Assembly (NCBI GenBank): GCA_963705305.1
Contig: OY970067.1
Coordinates: 2,496,001 to 2,560,000, forward strand
Direction: 5' to 3'
Length of the DNA stretch: 64,000 bases
DNA from: an uncultured Methylomirabilota bacterium
GTDB taxonomy: Bacteria; Methylomirabilota; Methylomirabilia; Methylomirabilales; 2-02-FULL-66-22
Position numbers and translations under genes: made by a program
Shown: piece after piece, positions 38,001 to 48,626 of the stretch
How the letters are laid out: every line of letters begins with the position of its first letter
Position numbering within the stretch: position 1 is the first letter of the stretch
Notes under the pieces: generated by a model
The model's database searches: none
Seen by the model: only the letters and a program-made list of their open reading frames with translations
Told to the model about the DNA's origin: nothing

Positions 38001-39065
38001 TCAGCCCTCCCTCCCGACAAGCTTGAGGGCCTCACGCACGAGCTCGTCGGGGCTCATGACCATGCCGCCCACCCGGCCGTAAAAGGCCACAGGGGGGCCG
38101 CCCGCGACGTGATAGCGCACGTCCTCCAGCATCTGGCCGCAGGAGAGCTCGGAGACCAGGATGTGCGGCGTTTTCCCGGCCGCCCGGGCCAGCGCCTCGC
38201 CCGGGTAGGGGAACAGCGTGATCGGCCGGAACAGCCCCGCCCTCACCCCGCGCGCCTTGAGGGCCTCGATGGCGCTCTTGCAGATGCGGGCCACGGTGCC
38301 GTAGGCCACGAAGAGGACGTCCACGGCTCCGTCCAGGTTCCATTCCTCGTGGCGGCATTCGTGCTCCGCCATGGCGGCGTACTTTGCGGCGAGCTTCCAA
38401 TTGTGGGCTTCCAGCTTCTCGGGATCCAGGTACAGGGAGTTGACGATGTTGGGCGCGCGGCCTGCGGCCCCCGTAGTGGCCCAGGGCTTGGGGGGGAGAT
38501 CCTGGGGGTCGACCGATTTGGAGAACTCCACCGGCTCCATCATCTGGCCGATGAGACCGTCGCCCAGAACCATGACCGGGTTCCGGTAGGTGTCGGCCAG
38601 CTCGAAGGCCTCCTGCACCAGATCCGCCGCCTCCTGAACGGTGGAGGGGGCGAGGACCAGGCAGCGGTAATCTCCGTGGCCGCCGCCCTTGACCGCCTGC
38701 AGGTAGTCCGACTGGGAGGGGAGGATGCCGCCCAGGCCGGGGCCGCCCCGCATGATGTTGACGATCACCACCGGCAGCTCAGCGCCCGCGATGTAGGAGA
38801 CCCCTTCCATCATGAGGCTGATGCCGGGACCGGAGGAGGAGGTGAAGCAGCGGCAGCCGGCCCCCGCGGCCCCGTAGAGCATGTTGCTGGCCGCCACCTC
38901 GCTCTCGGCCTGCACGAAGGTCCCGCCAACCTGGGGCAGGCGCGCGGCCAGGTATTCGGGGATCTCGTTCTGGGGGGTGATGGGATAGCCGAAAAAGAGA
39001 CGGCAGCCCGCCTGGATCGCCGCCTCGCCGATCGCCTCACATCCCTTCATGAGCTTCTTGGCCAT
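38001..39065 (-). CDS. vorB: 2-ketoisovalerate:ferredoxin oxidoreductase alpha-type subunit (VorB)
   Basis: FGYPITPQ, QAESEVA, SSGPGISL, GGGHGDY motifs. Confidence 0.85.
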   Translation of the reverse strand: MAKKLMKGCEAIGEAAIQAGCRLFFGYPITPQNEIPEYLAARLPQVGGTFVQAESEVAASNMLYGAAGAGCRCFTSSSGPGISLMMEGVSYIAGAELPVVIVNIMRGGPGLGGILPSQSDYLQAVKGGGHGDYRCLVLAPSTVQEAADLVQEAFELADTYRNPVMVLGDGLIGQMMEPVEFSKSVDPQDLPPKPWATTGAAGRAPNIVNSLYLDPEKLEAHNWKLAAKYAAMAEHECRHEEWNLDGAVDVLFVAYGTVARICKSAIEALKARGVRAGLFRPITLFPYPGEALARAAGKTPHILVSELSCGQMLEDVRYHVAGGPPVAFYGRVGGMVMSPDELVREALKLVGREG

Positions 39066-39075
39066 GGACCGCTCC

Positions 39076-39636
39076 TTACGACGCGGCGACAACCGCGGCC
39101 TTCTCCCGTCCGAGGGCGAAGCCGCGGGAGAGGGCCTCGTGGTTGACTGCCACCAGCGCGGGTTTGGCGGCAAAGGACTCGGCCACGATGGCCTTCACCT
39201 GCTCCAGCTCGGCGACGCCGCTGGCCCCCACGTAGGCACCCAGGGCCACCATGTTTGCCGCCAGGGGGCTGCCGCACTGGATAGCCAGCTCGTTGGCCGG
39301 CACGGCGACCACCGCCACATCCGTCCGACTGGGCAGACGGTTGATCAGAGAGGTGTTGACCACAACGATGCCTCCCGGTCGCACCGCGTCCTCGAACTTG
39401 TCGAGCGACGGCAGATTCAGGGCGATGAGGCCGTGGGGGGATTTGCTGATCGGCGAGCCGATCGGCCGGTCGGAGAGCACCACCGTGCAGTTGCAGGTCC
39501 CGCCCCGCATCTCCGGGCCGTACGCGGGCATCCAGGTGACCTCGCGTCCCGCCCGCATGCCGGCGTAGGCCAACACCTTGCCGATGAGGAGAACGCCCTG
39601 CCCCCCGAATCCCGCCAGCACAATCTCGGTATGCAT
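39076..39636 (-). CDS. 2-oxoacid:ferredoxin oxidoreductase gamma subunit
   Basis: AGFGGQG, YGPEMRGG, ANMVALG motifs. Confidence 0.9.
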   Translation of the reverse strand: MHTEIVLAGFGGQGVLLIGKVLAYAGMRAGREVTWMPAYGPEMRGGTCNCTVVLSDRPIGSPISKSPHGLIALNLPSLDKFEDAVRPGGIVVVNTSLINRLPSRTDVAVVAVPANELAIQCGSPLAANMVALGAYVGASGVAELEQVKAIVAESFAAKPALVAVNHEALSRGFALGREKAAVVAAS

Positions 39637-39638
39637 GG

Positions 39639-40604
39639 CTATCGCTCCGTCTCCTTGACTACCCCCTGCGCGGGGGTCTTGAACTCCCCGAGCGGGTAGT
39701 ACGGGATCATGTGCTCCGCCAGCCATCCGGCAGCCGCGTGGGGCTGCAATCCCCACCCCGTGGGACAGGTGGACAGGACCTCCACCAACGAGAAGCAGGT
39801 GCCGTCGGCCTGAAGCTGAAAGGCCGTCCTGATCACCTTGCGCGCCTGGAGGATGGCCTTCGGCTCGTGGACCGAAACGCGCGCCAGGTAGGCCGGAGTC
39901 TTCAACTCCTTCAGCAGCTCGACCACGCGGATGGGGTAGCCCGCCAGCGCCACATCACGGCCGTGCGGGCTGGTAGAGGCCGCCTGGCCGGGAAGGGTGG
40001 TGGGAGCCATCTGGCCGCCCGTCATGCCGTAGATGGCATTGTTCACAAAGATGACCGTGATCTTCTCCCCGCGGTTGGCGGTGTGGACGGTCTCGGCCAT
40101 GCCGATGGAGGCCAGGTCGCCGTCCCCCTGGTAGGTGAAGACGATCAGGCCGGGCCGGCCGCGCTTGATGCCCGTGGCCACGGCCATGGCGCGGCCGTGG
40201 GCGGCCTCCTGCATGTCGCAATTGAGATAGTCATAGGCGAGCACGGAACAGCCCACCGGGGCCACGCCGACCGTGCGCTCTCGCACGCCCAGCGCGTCGA
40301 TGGCCTCGGCCACCAGCCGGTGGATGACGCCGTGGGTACAGCCCGGGCAGTAGTGCATGGGGATGTCGGCGAGCGCCGCGGGACGTGTGGTGGCCTTTCC
40401 CTTGTGCTCCACCTGGATGGCCACGTCCGGGCAGACCAGCGCGCAATGGCGGCAGGCGTTGCAGTCATCGGGATGCTCGACTATGGGAAAGAAATAGCCT
40501 CGCGCGTTGATCTCGTGGGACATGGCCAGGACGTGAGACTGGCAAGCGCTCACGCAGAGCCCGCACCCCTTGCACCGATCCTTCTCCACGAGGACGGTCG
40601 GCAT
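39639..40604 (-). CDS. Ferredoxin (delta) fused to TPP-binding beta subunit (VorA-like)
   Basis: Two CxxCxxCxxxC motifs, then [20 protein letters not shown]. Confidence 0.88.
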   Translation of the reverse strand: MPTVLVEKDRCKGCGLCVSACQSHVLAMSHEINARGYFFPIVEHPDDCNACRHCALVCPDVAIQVEHKGKATTRPAALADIPMHYCPGCTHGVIHRLVAEAIDALGVRERTVGVAPVGCSVLAYDYLNCDMQEAAHGRAMAVATGIKRGRPGLIVFTYQGDGDLASIGMAETVHTANRGEKITVIFVNNAIYGMTGGQMAPTTLPGQAASTSPHGRDVALAGYPIRVVELLKELKTPAYLARVSVHEPKAILQARKVIRTAFQLQADGTCFSLVEVLSTCPTGWGLQPHAAAGWLAEHMIPYYPLGEFKTPAQGVVKETER

Positions 40605-40628
40605 ACGCCACTCCTTCTCCGAACCCAG

Positions 40629-41405
40629 TCACACCACGCTCGGCCGCCGGGGCACCCCTGGCGGCGGCGGCATGAACGGGGCGACGATGTACCGCTCCAG
40701 CGGCAGGATCGGCAGGCCGTCGGCCTCCCCTCCCGATCCGCTGACCCCACGGACCAGCCCGGCGAGCATGGCGCAGAAGCGGAGCGGGATGCCTGTCGCC
40801 GCCGCCAGCTCCCGTGCCGCGCAGATCCCCGCCATGACGATCTCCACCGTCGTTTCCTGCATCAGGTGCGTGTTGGCCACCAGGCCGGTCACCGGCATCC
40901 GGGCGGCGGCCTGCACATCGAGCAGCATGGCGCGCCGGGACGCCAGATCCTCCGCGAACGGCCGCCTGCCGTTCACCACGAAGAGCAGGTCCGTGGAGAC
41001 CGGATCCAGCAGATCCCCGAAGCTCCCCAGCACCCGGGCGCCGAGATCGCTACCCCCCACATCGTAGATGACCCGGCCATCCTTCCCATCACGGCCAGCC
41101 GCTCGCGCTTCGGGGACGAGGATGGGCAGGTCGGAGTAGAAGCGGTCGCCCCCGGGGGCCACCAGCCGAATTCCCCGGGCCTCCAACTCGTCTTTCGCCA
41201 GCCGGCAGCGGAAGTACGGCTTAACCAGGTCCAGGTCCACGAGGGTCACGGCGGCGCCGCCCTGGCGCAGGCCGAGGGCGAGGTTGATGGCGATCTCGGT
41301 CTTTCCGCTGCCGGCATGCCCCACCAGGATCGTGCTCGAACGCAACGGCAAGTCCAGGGCCGACCCGCCGGGTGCGTCGCCGACACCGACCGCATTCCTC
41401 TGCAC
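40629..41405 (-). CDS. P-loop NTP-binding protein associated with vor operons
   Basis: GHAGSGKTE, DLDLVKPYFR, DVGG, NTHL; start uncertain. Confidence 0.75.
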   Translation of the reverse strand: MQRNAVGVGDAPGGSALDLPLRSSTILVGHAGSGKTEIAINLALGLRQGGAAVTLVDLDLVKPYFRCRLAKDELEARGIRLVAPGGDRFYSDLPILVPEARAAGRDGKDGRVIYDVGGSDLGARVLGSFGDLLDPVSTDLLFVVNGRRPFAEDLASRRAMLLDVQAAARMPVTGLVANTHLMQETTVEIVMAGICAARELAAATGIPLRFCAMLAGLVRGVSGSGGEADGLPILPLERYIVAPFMPPPPGVPRRPSVV

Positions 41406-41540
41406 GCTCCATCCCCTCGACTTCGCCCTCCGCCCGGTCGGCGACGAGCAGGCCTCGGACTGCCGCACGAATCCTCCACGCATAACATTAGGATGAGGTC
41501 CGGCCGAAGTCAAGCGCGGTCCCTGCGTGCCTGCGGCGTG

Positions 41541-41945
41541 TCACTCCCTGGCGCCGCCCGCGCCGAAGAAATTCGCATCGCCGTAGAGGCCCGCATTCTC
41601 GCCGTAGGCCCGGACGTGCTCCTTCGTCACGAGGTAGGTGGCGTGCTCACCGTACCTGCGGGAGAAGTAGACGCGACCCTTGGTGCCGTCTTCGAGCCGG
41701 AACCCGATCTCCGCCAGGTGTTCGCTGGTCTCGCTCCGCAGGCGGGCCCCGCAGGCCGGGCAGAGGAACTCCACCTCTTCGCCGGGCCGCAGCTTCACAT
41801 CCCCCGGCAGGATCATGCTGTAGTCCCCCACCCGGGGGCTGAGGAGGATGAGGCAGCGGCGCCGCTGCCTCTCCAGGGTGAGGATGATCTTCACGTTCGG
41901 GTTGAGTGTTGCGCGGCACGTCAGACAGAAGAAGGTGCGCCTCAT
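41541..41945 (-). CDS. Hypothetical Zn-binding protein (two CxxC)
   Basis: CLTC and CPAC; TGATG coupling to upstream acd. Confidence 0.7.
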   Translation of the reverse strand: MRRTFFCLTCRATLNPNVKIILTLERQRRRCLILLSPRVGDYSMILPGDVKLRPGEEVEFLCPACGARLRSETSEHLAEIGFRLEDGTKGRVYFSRRYGEHATYLVTKEHVRAYGENAGLYGDANFFGAGGARE

Positions 41946-44134
41946 CACGCGTCTCGCTTTCTCCATGCCCCGGTTACGGTGCGCGGCAGCGCGACCGGCT
42001 TCGCGGACTCGCTGGTGAAATCGAGGTCGTATCGCCTCCAGATGTCCAGGGCGATGGCCAGCGGTTTGACCATCGGGACCGTATACGTCCGCAGGTCGTG
42101 CTGGGCGAGGTACTCGGTCGTATTCTGGACGTAGTGCGAGTACCCCCGCGGGGAGATGATGAGCGGCTTGCGCATCTCCCGCATGAGCTCGGCCAGCCGC
42201 TCCGCGATGTATTCGGACAGGTACGGGATCTGGAGGTAGAGGCCCACGACGATGACATCGGTATTGGGATCGTCGTTGAGGATTCGGATGGCCTCGAGCA
42301 GCCGGTCGTCGTCCGCATCGCCGAACAGGTCGAGGGGATTGGAGGCCACCCGCTCCGCAATGCGGGCCCGCTCGGAGTCGTTGGCGGCGCGAATCTTGGC
42401 GTCGAGCAGCCGCGAGAGCGCGGCCCGCGAGCCGTCGGAGAATACCGACAGCTGCATGCGGTTCGAGGTGATCTGATCGGCCAGCAGGATGCCGGCCCCG
42501 CCGCCCACACTCACGACGGCCACCCGGTTGTTCCGGGCCGGCTTCTGCGTCGTGAGGATCGAGAGCACGTTGATCAGAATCTTCGGGTCCTCGGTCAATT
42601 CTTCGATCAGGTACAAGCCGGCCTGATGGCAGGCGGCCTTGAACGCCTGAAACGAGCCGGCCAGCGACGCGGTGTGGGACAGGGTGGCGGCCGCCCCGCC
42701 GGCCATGCCCCCCTTGATGATGATCACGGGCTTCCGCTGGGCGACCTTGCGCCCGACCTCCATGAACTGGAGGCCGTTGCGCAGCCCCTCCACGTAGACG
42801 GCGATGACCCGGATGCGCGGGTCGTCGCCCATATGCGCCAGCAGCTCGGGGATGGAAATGCCGCTGGCATTCCCGCAGGAGACCCACTTGCCGATGGCCA
42901 GGTTGTCGGCCGCCGCCATCTCCAGCAGCTCGAGGCCGACCCCGCCGCTTTGCGAGATGACGCCCACCAGCCCCGGCCTCGTGCTGACGTTCAGCCGCCG
43001 CATCGGCAGGAACAACGTGTTGAGGCCGGAGAAGTTGTCGAAGACCCCGAGGCAGTTCGGGCCGATGTAGACCACGCCGTGCTTCTCCGAGATGGCGCGG
43101 AGCTCGTCTTCCAGGTCGGTCCGCCCGATCTCGGCAAAGCCGTCGCTCACCAGGATGGCGCCCTTCCCTCCGGCCTCGCAGAACTTCCGGAAGCTGGCGA
43201 TCGTCGTCTCCGGCGCCACGGCAAACACGGCGACGTCCGCGGGGCGCGGGAGATCCGCGAAGTCCTTGTAGCACTTGATCCCCATCAGGGTCTCGCGCTT
43301 GGGGTTGATGGGGTACAGCCGCCGCACGCGGCTGGAATTCTTCAGAATGATTCCGCCGATGGAGCCGGGGCGCGACGCGCCCACCACCGCGACACTGTCC
43401 GCCTCGAAGATCGCCTCCAGGCTTTGCAGCCGGGCCTCGGATAGGTCGGTGGCCCGGGGGTGGATGATGGGCGCCCCGACGATCACGCGGGCGTCCACGA
43501 TGCAGCATCCCTTCGGATACAGGATCACCGGATTCAGATCGAGCTCGGTGACCTCCGGTCGTGCCTCCATCAGCTGGGAGACGCGGATGGCCAGATCGAT
43601 GGCGGCATCCTTGTCGAGCGCGGGGCCCCGGAACCCCTCGATCACCCGCGAGGCCAGGGTCTCCGACAGCATCCGCTCGACGTCGCCTCGCCTCAGCACC
43701 CCGATCCCCGGGGCCACATCCTTGAACAGTTCAACGAGGCGTCCCCCGTAGCCGATCATGGTCACGGGCCCGAAGGTCGGGTCCTGGCGCGCGCCCACCA
43801 GCAGCTCGAACCCTCGCTTGGCCTGCTTCTGCACCAGGATCCCGTCGATGCGCTGGGCGCCCGCGCGGCGCGCATTGGCCAGGATGGTGTCGTAGCTGTC
43901 GCCTGCCGCAGGGGCGCCGTCGATGTCCAGGATTACGACGCCGGCGTCCGTCTTGTGAATGACGTTGGGGGAGACAAGCTTCATGACGCAGGGGAAGCCC
44001 GCCTCCACGGCGGTCGCCACGGCTTCTTCGCGGGTGCGGGCCAAGGTGCCGCTGATGGAAATTCCGACGGACGCGAGCAGCTCCTTGGTCGCGGTGAAGT
44101 CGGCCTGGGTGCCGTTCATGGTCATCTCTTCCAT
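41945..44134 (-). CDS. ADP-forming acyl-CoA synthetase (Acd), beta-alpha permuted fusion
   Basis: ATP-grasp (IHKTD, LDLNP) N-terminal; CoA-binding domain and SHTASLAG C-terminal. Confidence 0.88.
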   Translation of the reverse strand: MEEMTMNGTQADFTATKELLASVGISISGTLARTREEAVATAVEAGFPCVMKLVSPNVIHKTDAGVVILDIDGAPAAGDSYDTILANARRAGAQRIDGILVQKQAKRGFELLVGARQDPTFGPVTMIGYGGRLVELFKDVAPGIGVLRRGDVERMLSETLASRVIEGFRGPALDKDAAIDLAIRVSQLMEARPEVTELDLNPVILYPKGCCIVDARVIVGAPIIHPRATDLSEARLQSLEAIFEADSVAVVGASRPGSIGGIILKNSSRVRRLYPINPKRETLMGIKCYKDFADLPRPADVAVFAVAPETTIASFRKFCEAGGKGAILVSDGFAEIGRTDLEDELRAISEKHGVVYIGPNCLGVFDNFSGLNTLFLPMRRLNVSTRPGLVGVISQSGGVGLELLEMAAADNLAIGKWVSCGNASGISIPELLAHMGDDPRIRVIAVYVEGLRNGLQFMEVGRKVAQRKPVIIIKGGMAGGAAATLSHTASLAGSFQAFKAACHQAGLYLIEELTEDPKILINVLSILTTQKPARNNRVAVVSVGGGAGILLADQITSNRMQLSVFSDGSRAALSRLLDAKIRAANDSERARIAERVASNPLDLFGDADDDRLLEAIRILNDDPNTDVIVVGLYLQIPYLSEYIAERLAELMREMRKPLIISPRGYSHYVQNTTEYLAQHDLRTYTVPMVKPLAIALDIWRRYDLDFTSESAKPVALPRTVTGAWRKRDA

Positions 44135-44296
44135 CCGGCGCTCTTCGGGGCTGATGCCGCCGCCTCCAGCGCCCGCGGGGCCCGCTCGCACAGCCCGCGA
44201 GCGGGCGCGATTATGTCGCCCGGGATGGCGTCGGATTCGCCCGGGACCCCGCCGGGCCATGCGCGGAGGGGCCGCCCCGTCTCGCCCGACGCCTTC

Positions 44297-44941
44297 CTAC
44301 CTCCCGGTCGAAAGAACGGTGTGACCGGCTGCCTCCAAGTGCGCAACCAGGGGGTCGACCCGTACGCCCTCCAGGCGAAGGATGACCACGCGCTTCTCTT
44401 GACCCTGATGGGTGGCGGTTCCGGTGACGAGGCCGGCGATGTCGCCTCCCTGCTCCTGGATGATCCGGCAGATGTCCAGGAACGCCCCCGGCCGGTCCTC
44501 CAGGACCAGCTCCAATCGCGCCTGCTCGTTCAGGAGGCCCGTCAGCTCCACGAAAGCGCGCAGGATATCGGTGCGGGTAATGATGCCTCTCAGGGACCCT
44601 GCCTGCAGCACGGGGAGGCAACCGATCCCGTGCTCGAGCATCAGGCGCGCCGCCTCCTCGATGGGCGTATCGGGGGCGACGGTGTACAGCTTGACCGCCA
44701 TGATCTCACGCACCTGGACCTTGTCCAGCAGATAATGCAGCTCGTGCATCTCGAGGCTGGTGGCGGGCGAAGGCGAGGCCTGGCGCAAATCCCGGTCGGT
44801 GACGAGGCCGACCAGGCGGCCGGCCTCGACCACGGGCAGATGGTGGATGCCCCGCTCCCGAATGAGCGCGGTGGCGTGCTGGAGGGTGTCCAGAGGGCTC
44901 ACCGAGATCGGATGCGTTGTCATGCGCTTCTCGACCAGCAT
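44297..44941 (-). CDS. CBS-pair plus ACT domain protein (AcuB-like)
   Basis: HLPVV..LVGLVTDRD, GCLPV, LEDRPG motifs. Confidence 0.85.
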   Translation of the reverse strand: MLVEKRMTTHPISVSPLDTLQHATALIRERGIHHLPVVEAGRLVGLVTDRDLRQASPSPATSLEMHELHYLLDKVQVREIMAVKLYTVAPDTPIEEAARLMLEHGIGCLPVLQAGSLRGIITRTDILRAFVELTGLLNEQARLELVLEDRPGAFLDICRIIQEQGGDIAGLVTGTATHQGQEKRVVILRLEGVRVDPLVAHLEAAGHTVLSTGR

Positions 44942-45129
44942 GGGAATCCTCCCCAGGGCCCAGGCCGGCCTAGACGAGCGGCCAGCGGGGGCCTGACGCC
45001 GGGCCGGATCAGGTCCCGGCGTATATGCCGATGTGGCGGATCGGGGGCGCGGGACGGTCCGGCCCGAGGGGGAGCCGGTGAGCGGCTGGCAGCGGCGCCT
45101 CCCGGAATGGCGGGGCCGCCGTCCCCTCG

Positions 45130-45275
45130 CCGGACAGCAGCAGATCCGAAATGCGGGAGGGGCGGGAGGGGACCGGCTCGGACCCGCACCGCCCGGCCGG
45201 ATCGATCACCGGGGAGAGAATCGATTCCGCCAGCGCAGACCCGTCCGGCGGAATCAAAATGCGCGAGAGCATCGG
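45130..45275 (-). pseudogene. Universal stress protein N-terminal remnant
   Basis: MLSRILIPPDGSALAESIL, then degenerates. Confidence 0.45.
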
Positions 45276-45295
45276 CGCCCCCTCCAACCCGCGCG

Positions 45296-45760
45296 CTACG
45301 GCATCTCGAGCTTCATGGCCGGATGTTTGATGATCAGCACCGGACACGGGGATTTGCGCACAACCTTCTCGGCGACGCTCCCCAGCAAGGCGTGGGCCAG
45401 CCCCGTCCGCCCGTGGGTGGCCATGATGATCAGGTCGATCTCGTGGGTGCGTGCATACTCGATGATCTCACGGAAGTCCACCCCCGCCACCACGTCGGCA
45501 TGGCACACCAGATCCTTTTCCTTGGCGGCCTGGATGAGCCGGTCCAGGGATACCTTGGCCTCGTCGGTGAGCGCTTGGGCAACCTTATCGGCGTCAAACT
45601 GGACGGCATAGGCTTCGGTCAGGCGGGGGGGCGGGGTGAGGACGTGGAGGAGGTGCACCTCGGCGTCGAACTCGGCGGCGAAGGGCAGGGCATAGGACCA
45701 AGCGTAGTCGGCGTATTCCGAGAAATCGGTGGGGAACAGGATGCGTCCGATCTTCAGCAT
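45296..45760 (-). CDS. Universal stress protein
   Basis: ILFPTDFS, DLIIMATHGRTG, LGSVAEKVVRKSPCPVL motifs. Confidence 0.92.
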   Translation of the reverse strand: MLKIGRILFPTDFSEYADYAWSYALPFAAEFDAEVHLLHVLTPPPRLTEAYAVQFDADKVAQALTDEAKVSLDRLIQAAKEKDLVCHADVVAGVDFREIIEYARTHEIDLIIMATHGRTGLAHALLGSVAEKVVRKSPCPVLIIKHPAMKLEMP

Positions 45761-45795
45761 AGCGGCACCCTCCCTCCGAACGACGATCCCGGCAG

Positions 45796-46188
45796 TCAGG
45801 ACGAGGTGATGGCCCCACGTTTTGCCAGCGCGGTATGCACCGCGGCGACCAGTTCGGCCATCTTCAGGGGCTTGCTGATGAACGCGGCTGCCCCCAGCTG
45901 CAGGGCCTTGCTGTAGCTCTGCCAATCTCCGAAGGCGGTGACGATGATGACGGGTACGCCAGGGTGGCTGCGGCGGAGGAAATCGAGGAGTTCCAGGCCG
46001 CCGTCGCGGGGCATCAACATATCGGTGATGACGAGGTCGAAACGACCGCCGCCGGCCAGCGCGGCGGCTTCGTGCCCGTCGGCGGCTACGGACACGCGGT
46101 ACCCTTCCTTTTCCAGGACCTTCCGCAGGAGATCCCGCATCTCCGGGTCATCGTCAACGATCAGCAGATGCCCGCTCAAGATCTCCAT
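45796..46188 (-). CDS. Single-domain response regulator (receiver)
   Basis: LIVDDD, DLVITDMLMP, TAFG, SKP motifs. Confidence 0.9.
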   Translation of the reverse strand: MEILSGHLLIVDDDPEMRDLLRKVLEKEGYRVSVAADGHEAAALAGGGRFDLVITDMLMPRDGGLELLDFLRRSHPGVPVIIVTAFGDWQSYSKALQLGAAAFISKPLKMAELVAAVHTALAKRGAITSS

Positions 46189-46235
46189 GTCCGCGTCCCC
46201 GCTCAGCCCCCCCGTTCAACCCTCAACCTGGGTGG

Positions 46236-46251
46236 TGCAATCCCAGTGCCA
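46236..46251 (-). promoter_or_regulatory. sigma54 promoter
   Basis: TGGCAC-TGGGA-TTGCA, about 48 bp upstream of response regulator. Confidence 0.7.
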
Positions 46252-46638
46252 TGGGCTCCACCCGTGTGGAGGAGCAAGGACGACACTGCGCTGATCGAGG
46301 AGGGCCCCAATCTATCTAGAAACACCGAGTTCTCGGCGACGAAAACCCTCTCGGTGGAGCGATGCTGTCGAGCAATATGCTACCGGCCTCGTCTTGCTTC
46401 CGACTCTGTCGCAGTCCTGTGAAAGGGTGAGACCCTTTGTCTCAGGCATTCGCGCATACTTGACGGCCGCACACAGGCATCACCGCCGCGGGTCGAATGC
46501 CTGCGCCGGCGGCCAAGCCGACGCGGGCGGCCTCGGTCCGCTTCGCATAAAGGGGTCCAGGGGGGAGAACGGGGAAGCGTGGCAGTCTTCCCGGAGAAGC
46601 CCGAATCGGGAGGGGGCGGGATGCGCCGGGCCTCGGGG

Positions 46639-47064
46639 CTACGTGACCAGGATGCTCACGCTCTCCCCGTACTTGGCTTTCAGTCCGCCGGCCAGGGCCT
46701 CGGCCTGCTCCCCTTTCACCCGGATGACAACGTCACGATACCCGGGGCGCGCGTGGAGCGGGTAGGTCATCAGGCTGCGGACGTCCATCTCGAAATCCTG
46801 GAGGAACCGCACCAACTCGCGCCAGGCGTCAGGGCGGTCAGGCATCTCGGAGGCAATGCGTGTGCCGTGCTCTTTGTAGCCGAGAATCTCGACGATGGCC
46901 CGCAGCAGGTCGGTCTCGGTGATCAGACCCACCAGCATTCCTGCATCGTCCACAACCGGCAGACAGCCGATCTTGCGATCGTGCATGAGGAGCGCCGCCT
47001 TCTCCACGCTGTTGGACGGCTTGATCGTGATGGGAGCGCGCTTGATGAGATCGCGGAGCGTCAA
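46639..47064 (-). pseudogene. 5'-truncated AcuB-like CBS+ACT paralog
   Basis: Only one CBS (GCLPVV..LVGLITETD) plus ACT; TTG start with an in-frame stop just upstream. Confidence 0.55.
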
Positions 47065-47211
47065 CCCGAGAAGAAGTCATCTTGGCGGCGGCCTTACCGA
47101 CTGGAAGCGGCACCGCAGAAGACTACACGGGATTTGGCAAGCTGCGAGATTCCGCGGGAAGGCCGGGATTGGAGAGGCCGACGGCGCGCTGCTCGGGCCG
47201 GGGGCGGTAGA

Positions 47212-47754
47212 TCACTCGGCGCCGGTCAGCGCGAAGCCCGCCGCCAAGGCGCGACGGTTCAATTCTTCGGTCCCCTTGGGAACGCGGGCCAGCACCGCTC
47301 GCTCGATGGCCTGGCGCGAGACCACCTTGGAGAGCCCGACGATGACCCCGAGGGAGACGATGTTGGCCACCATCGCCTTCCCCACGGTCTCCTTGGCGGT
47401 CTCGATGATGGGCAGGTGCCGGACGACGAACTGGCCGGCGGGTAGCTGGGGGACGCGGAAGGAATCGGCCACGAGGATTCCTGACGGCTTCAGGTCGTGG
47501 ACATACTTGTCGGCGGCCGCCTGCGTGAGGGCCAGCAACAGGTCCACTGCCATGGCCTTGGGGTAGTCGATCTCCTCCTCGCTGATGATGACCTCGGCCT
47601 TGCTGGCCCCGCCGCGCGATTCGGGACCGTACACCTGGGTCTGGGTGGCGTTCTTTCCCTCGTAGATGGCCGCCGCCTCGGCCAGGATCACTCCGGCGAG
47701 GACAATCCCCTGGCCACCTTCGCCGCTAAGCCGGATCTCGCACCGACCGATCAT
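47212..47754 (-). CDS. korC: 2-oxoacid:ferredoxin oxidoreductase gamma subunit
   Basis: SGEGGQG, YGPESRGG motifs. Confidence 0.85.
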   Translation of the reverse strand: MIGRCEIRLSGEGGQGIVLAGVILAEAAAIYEGKNATQTQVYGPESRGGASKAEVIISEEEIDYPKAMAVDLLLALTQAAADKYVHDLKPSGILVADSFRVPQLPAGQFVVRHLPIIETAKETVGKAMVANIVSLGVIVGLSKVVSRQAIERAVLARVPKGTEELNRRALAAGFALTGAE

Positions 47755-47785
47755 GGGCTGGACTCCCTCGCATGCCCGACGGGGG

Positions 47786-48604
47786 CTAGACTGCGGCCTT
47801 GGCCCGCTCGCGGGCGATCAGGTCTTCGTATTGCGCCGTGTATTCGGGCCGATCCATCTCGTGGAGAAGGCCGGTGAGGATCTTTCCCTGCAGCTGCTCA
47901 GGGGTCATGCGCTCGGCGGCTTTGACGTTCACCGTGTTGCTCTTCTCCCAGTCCAGCAGGTCAAGTAGGCTGATCTTATTGGGCCGCCCGTAGTAGGTAT
48001 TGCAGTTCTCCAGGATCTCGATGAGGGCGAAGCCCTTGTGCCGGATGCCGCCCTCGATCAGCCGGTCCAGCTGCTGGGTGTGGTAGGAGGTCCCACGCGC
48101 GACGTAAGTGGCCCCGGCGGCGACGGCCAGCTTGCAGGCGTCGAAGGGGGGGTCGATGCTGCCCTGCCGAGCGGTGCTGGCCACCTTGCCGGTCGGCGTG
48201 GTGGGCGCGAGCTGGCCCCCGGTCATTCCGTAGATGCCGTTGTTGAACAGGAGCACCGTGAGATCGATATTCCGCCGGGCGGCGTGGATGAAGTGGTTCC
48301 CTCCGATGGCCAGCGCGTCTCCGTCCCCGGTGATAACGATGACGGACAAGGACGGCTTGGCGAGCTTCACCCCCGTGGCGAAGGCGATGGGCCGGCCGTG
48401 GGTGGTGTGGAGGGTGTTGAAGTCGACGTATCCGGTGAGGCGGCTGGAGCAGCCGATTCCAGACACCATGCACACCGCGTCCTGCGACAGCCCGACGCGA
48501 TCGACGGCGCGGATGAGGCTCTTCATGACGATGCCACAGCCGCAGCCCGAGCACCAGATATGCGGGAACATCTCCAGCCGCAGGTATTTCTCGTAGTCGA
48601 ACAC
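47786..48604 (-). CDS. korB: 2-oxoacid:ferredoxin oxidoreductase beta subunit
   Basis: WCSGCG, SGIGCS, GDGDALAIGGNH motifs. Confidence 0.88.
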   Translation of the reverse strand: MFDYEKYLRLEMFPHIWCSGCGCGIVMKSLIRAVDRVGLSQDAVCMVSGIGCSSRLTGYVDFNTLHTTHGRPIAFATGVKLAKPSLSVIVITGDGDALAIGGNHFIHAARRNIDLTVLLFNNGIYGMTGGQLAPTTPTGKVASTARQGSIDPPFDACKLAVAAGATYVARGTSYHTQQLDRLIEGGIRHKGFALIEILENCNTYYGRPNKISLLDLLDWEKSNTVNVKAAERMTPEQLQGKILTGLLHEMDRPEYTAQYEDLIARERAKAAV

Positions 48605-48626
48605 GCGGATCCTCCTGCCCCGCCGA

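Noticed and set aside
41541..43508. 655-aa ORF
   Set aside because: Shadow frame over the second Acd; only the last 134 aa look like a real gene.
35716..45916. Very long plus-strand ORFs (788, 807, 818 aa)
   Set aside because: Antisense shadows of minus-strand genes, typical of high-GC DNA.
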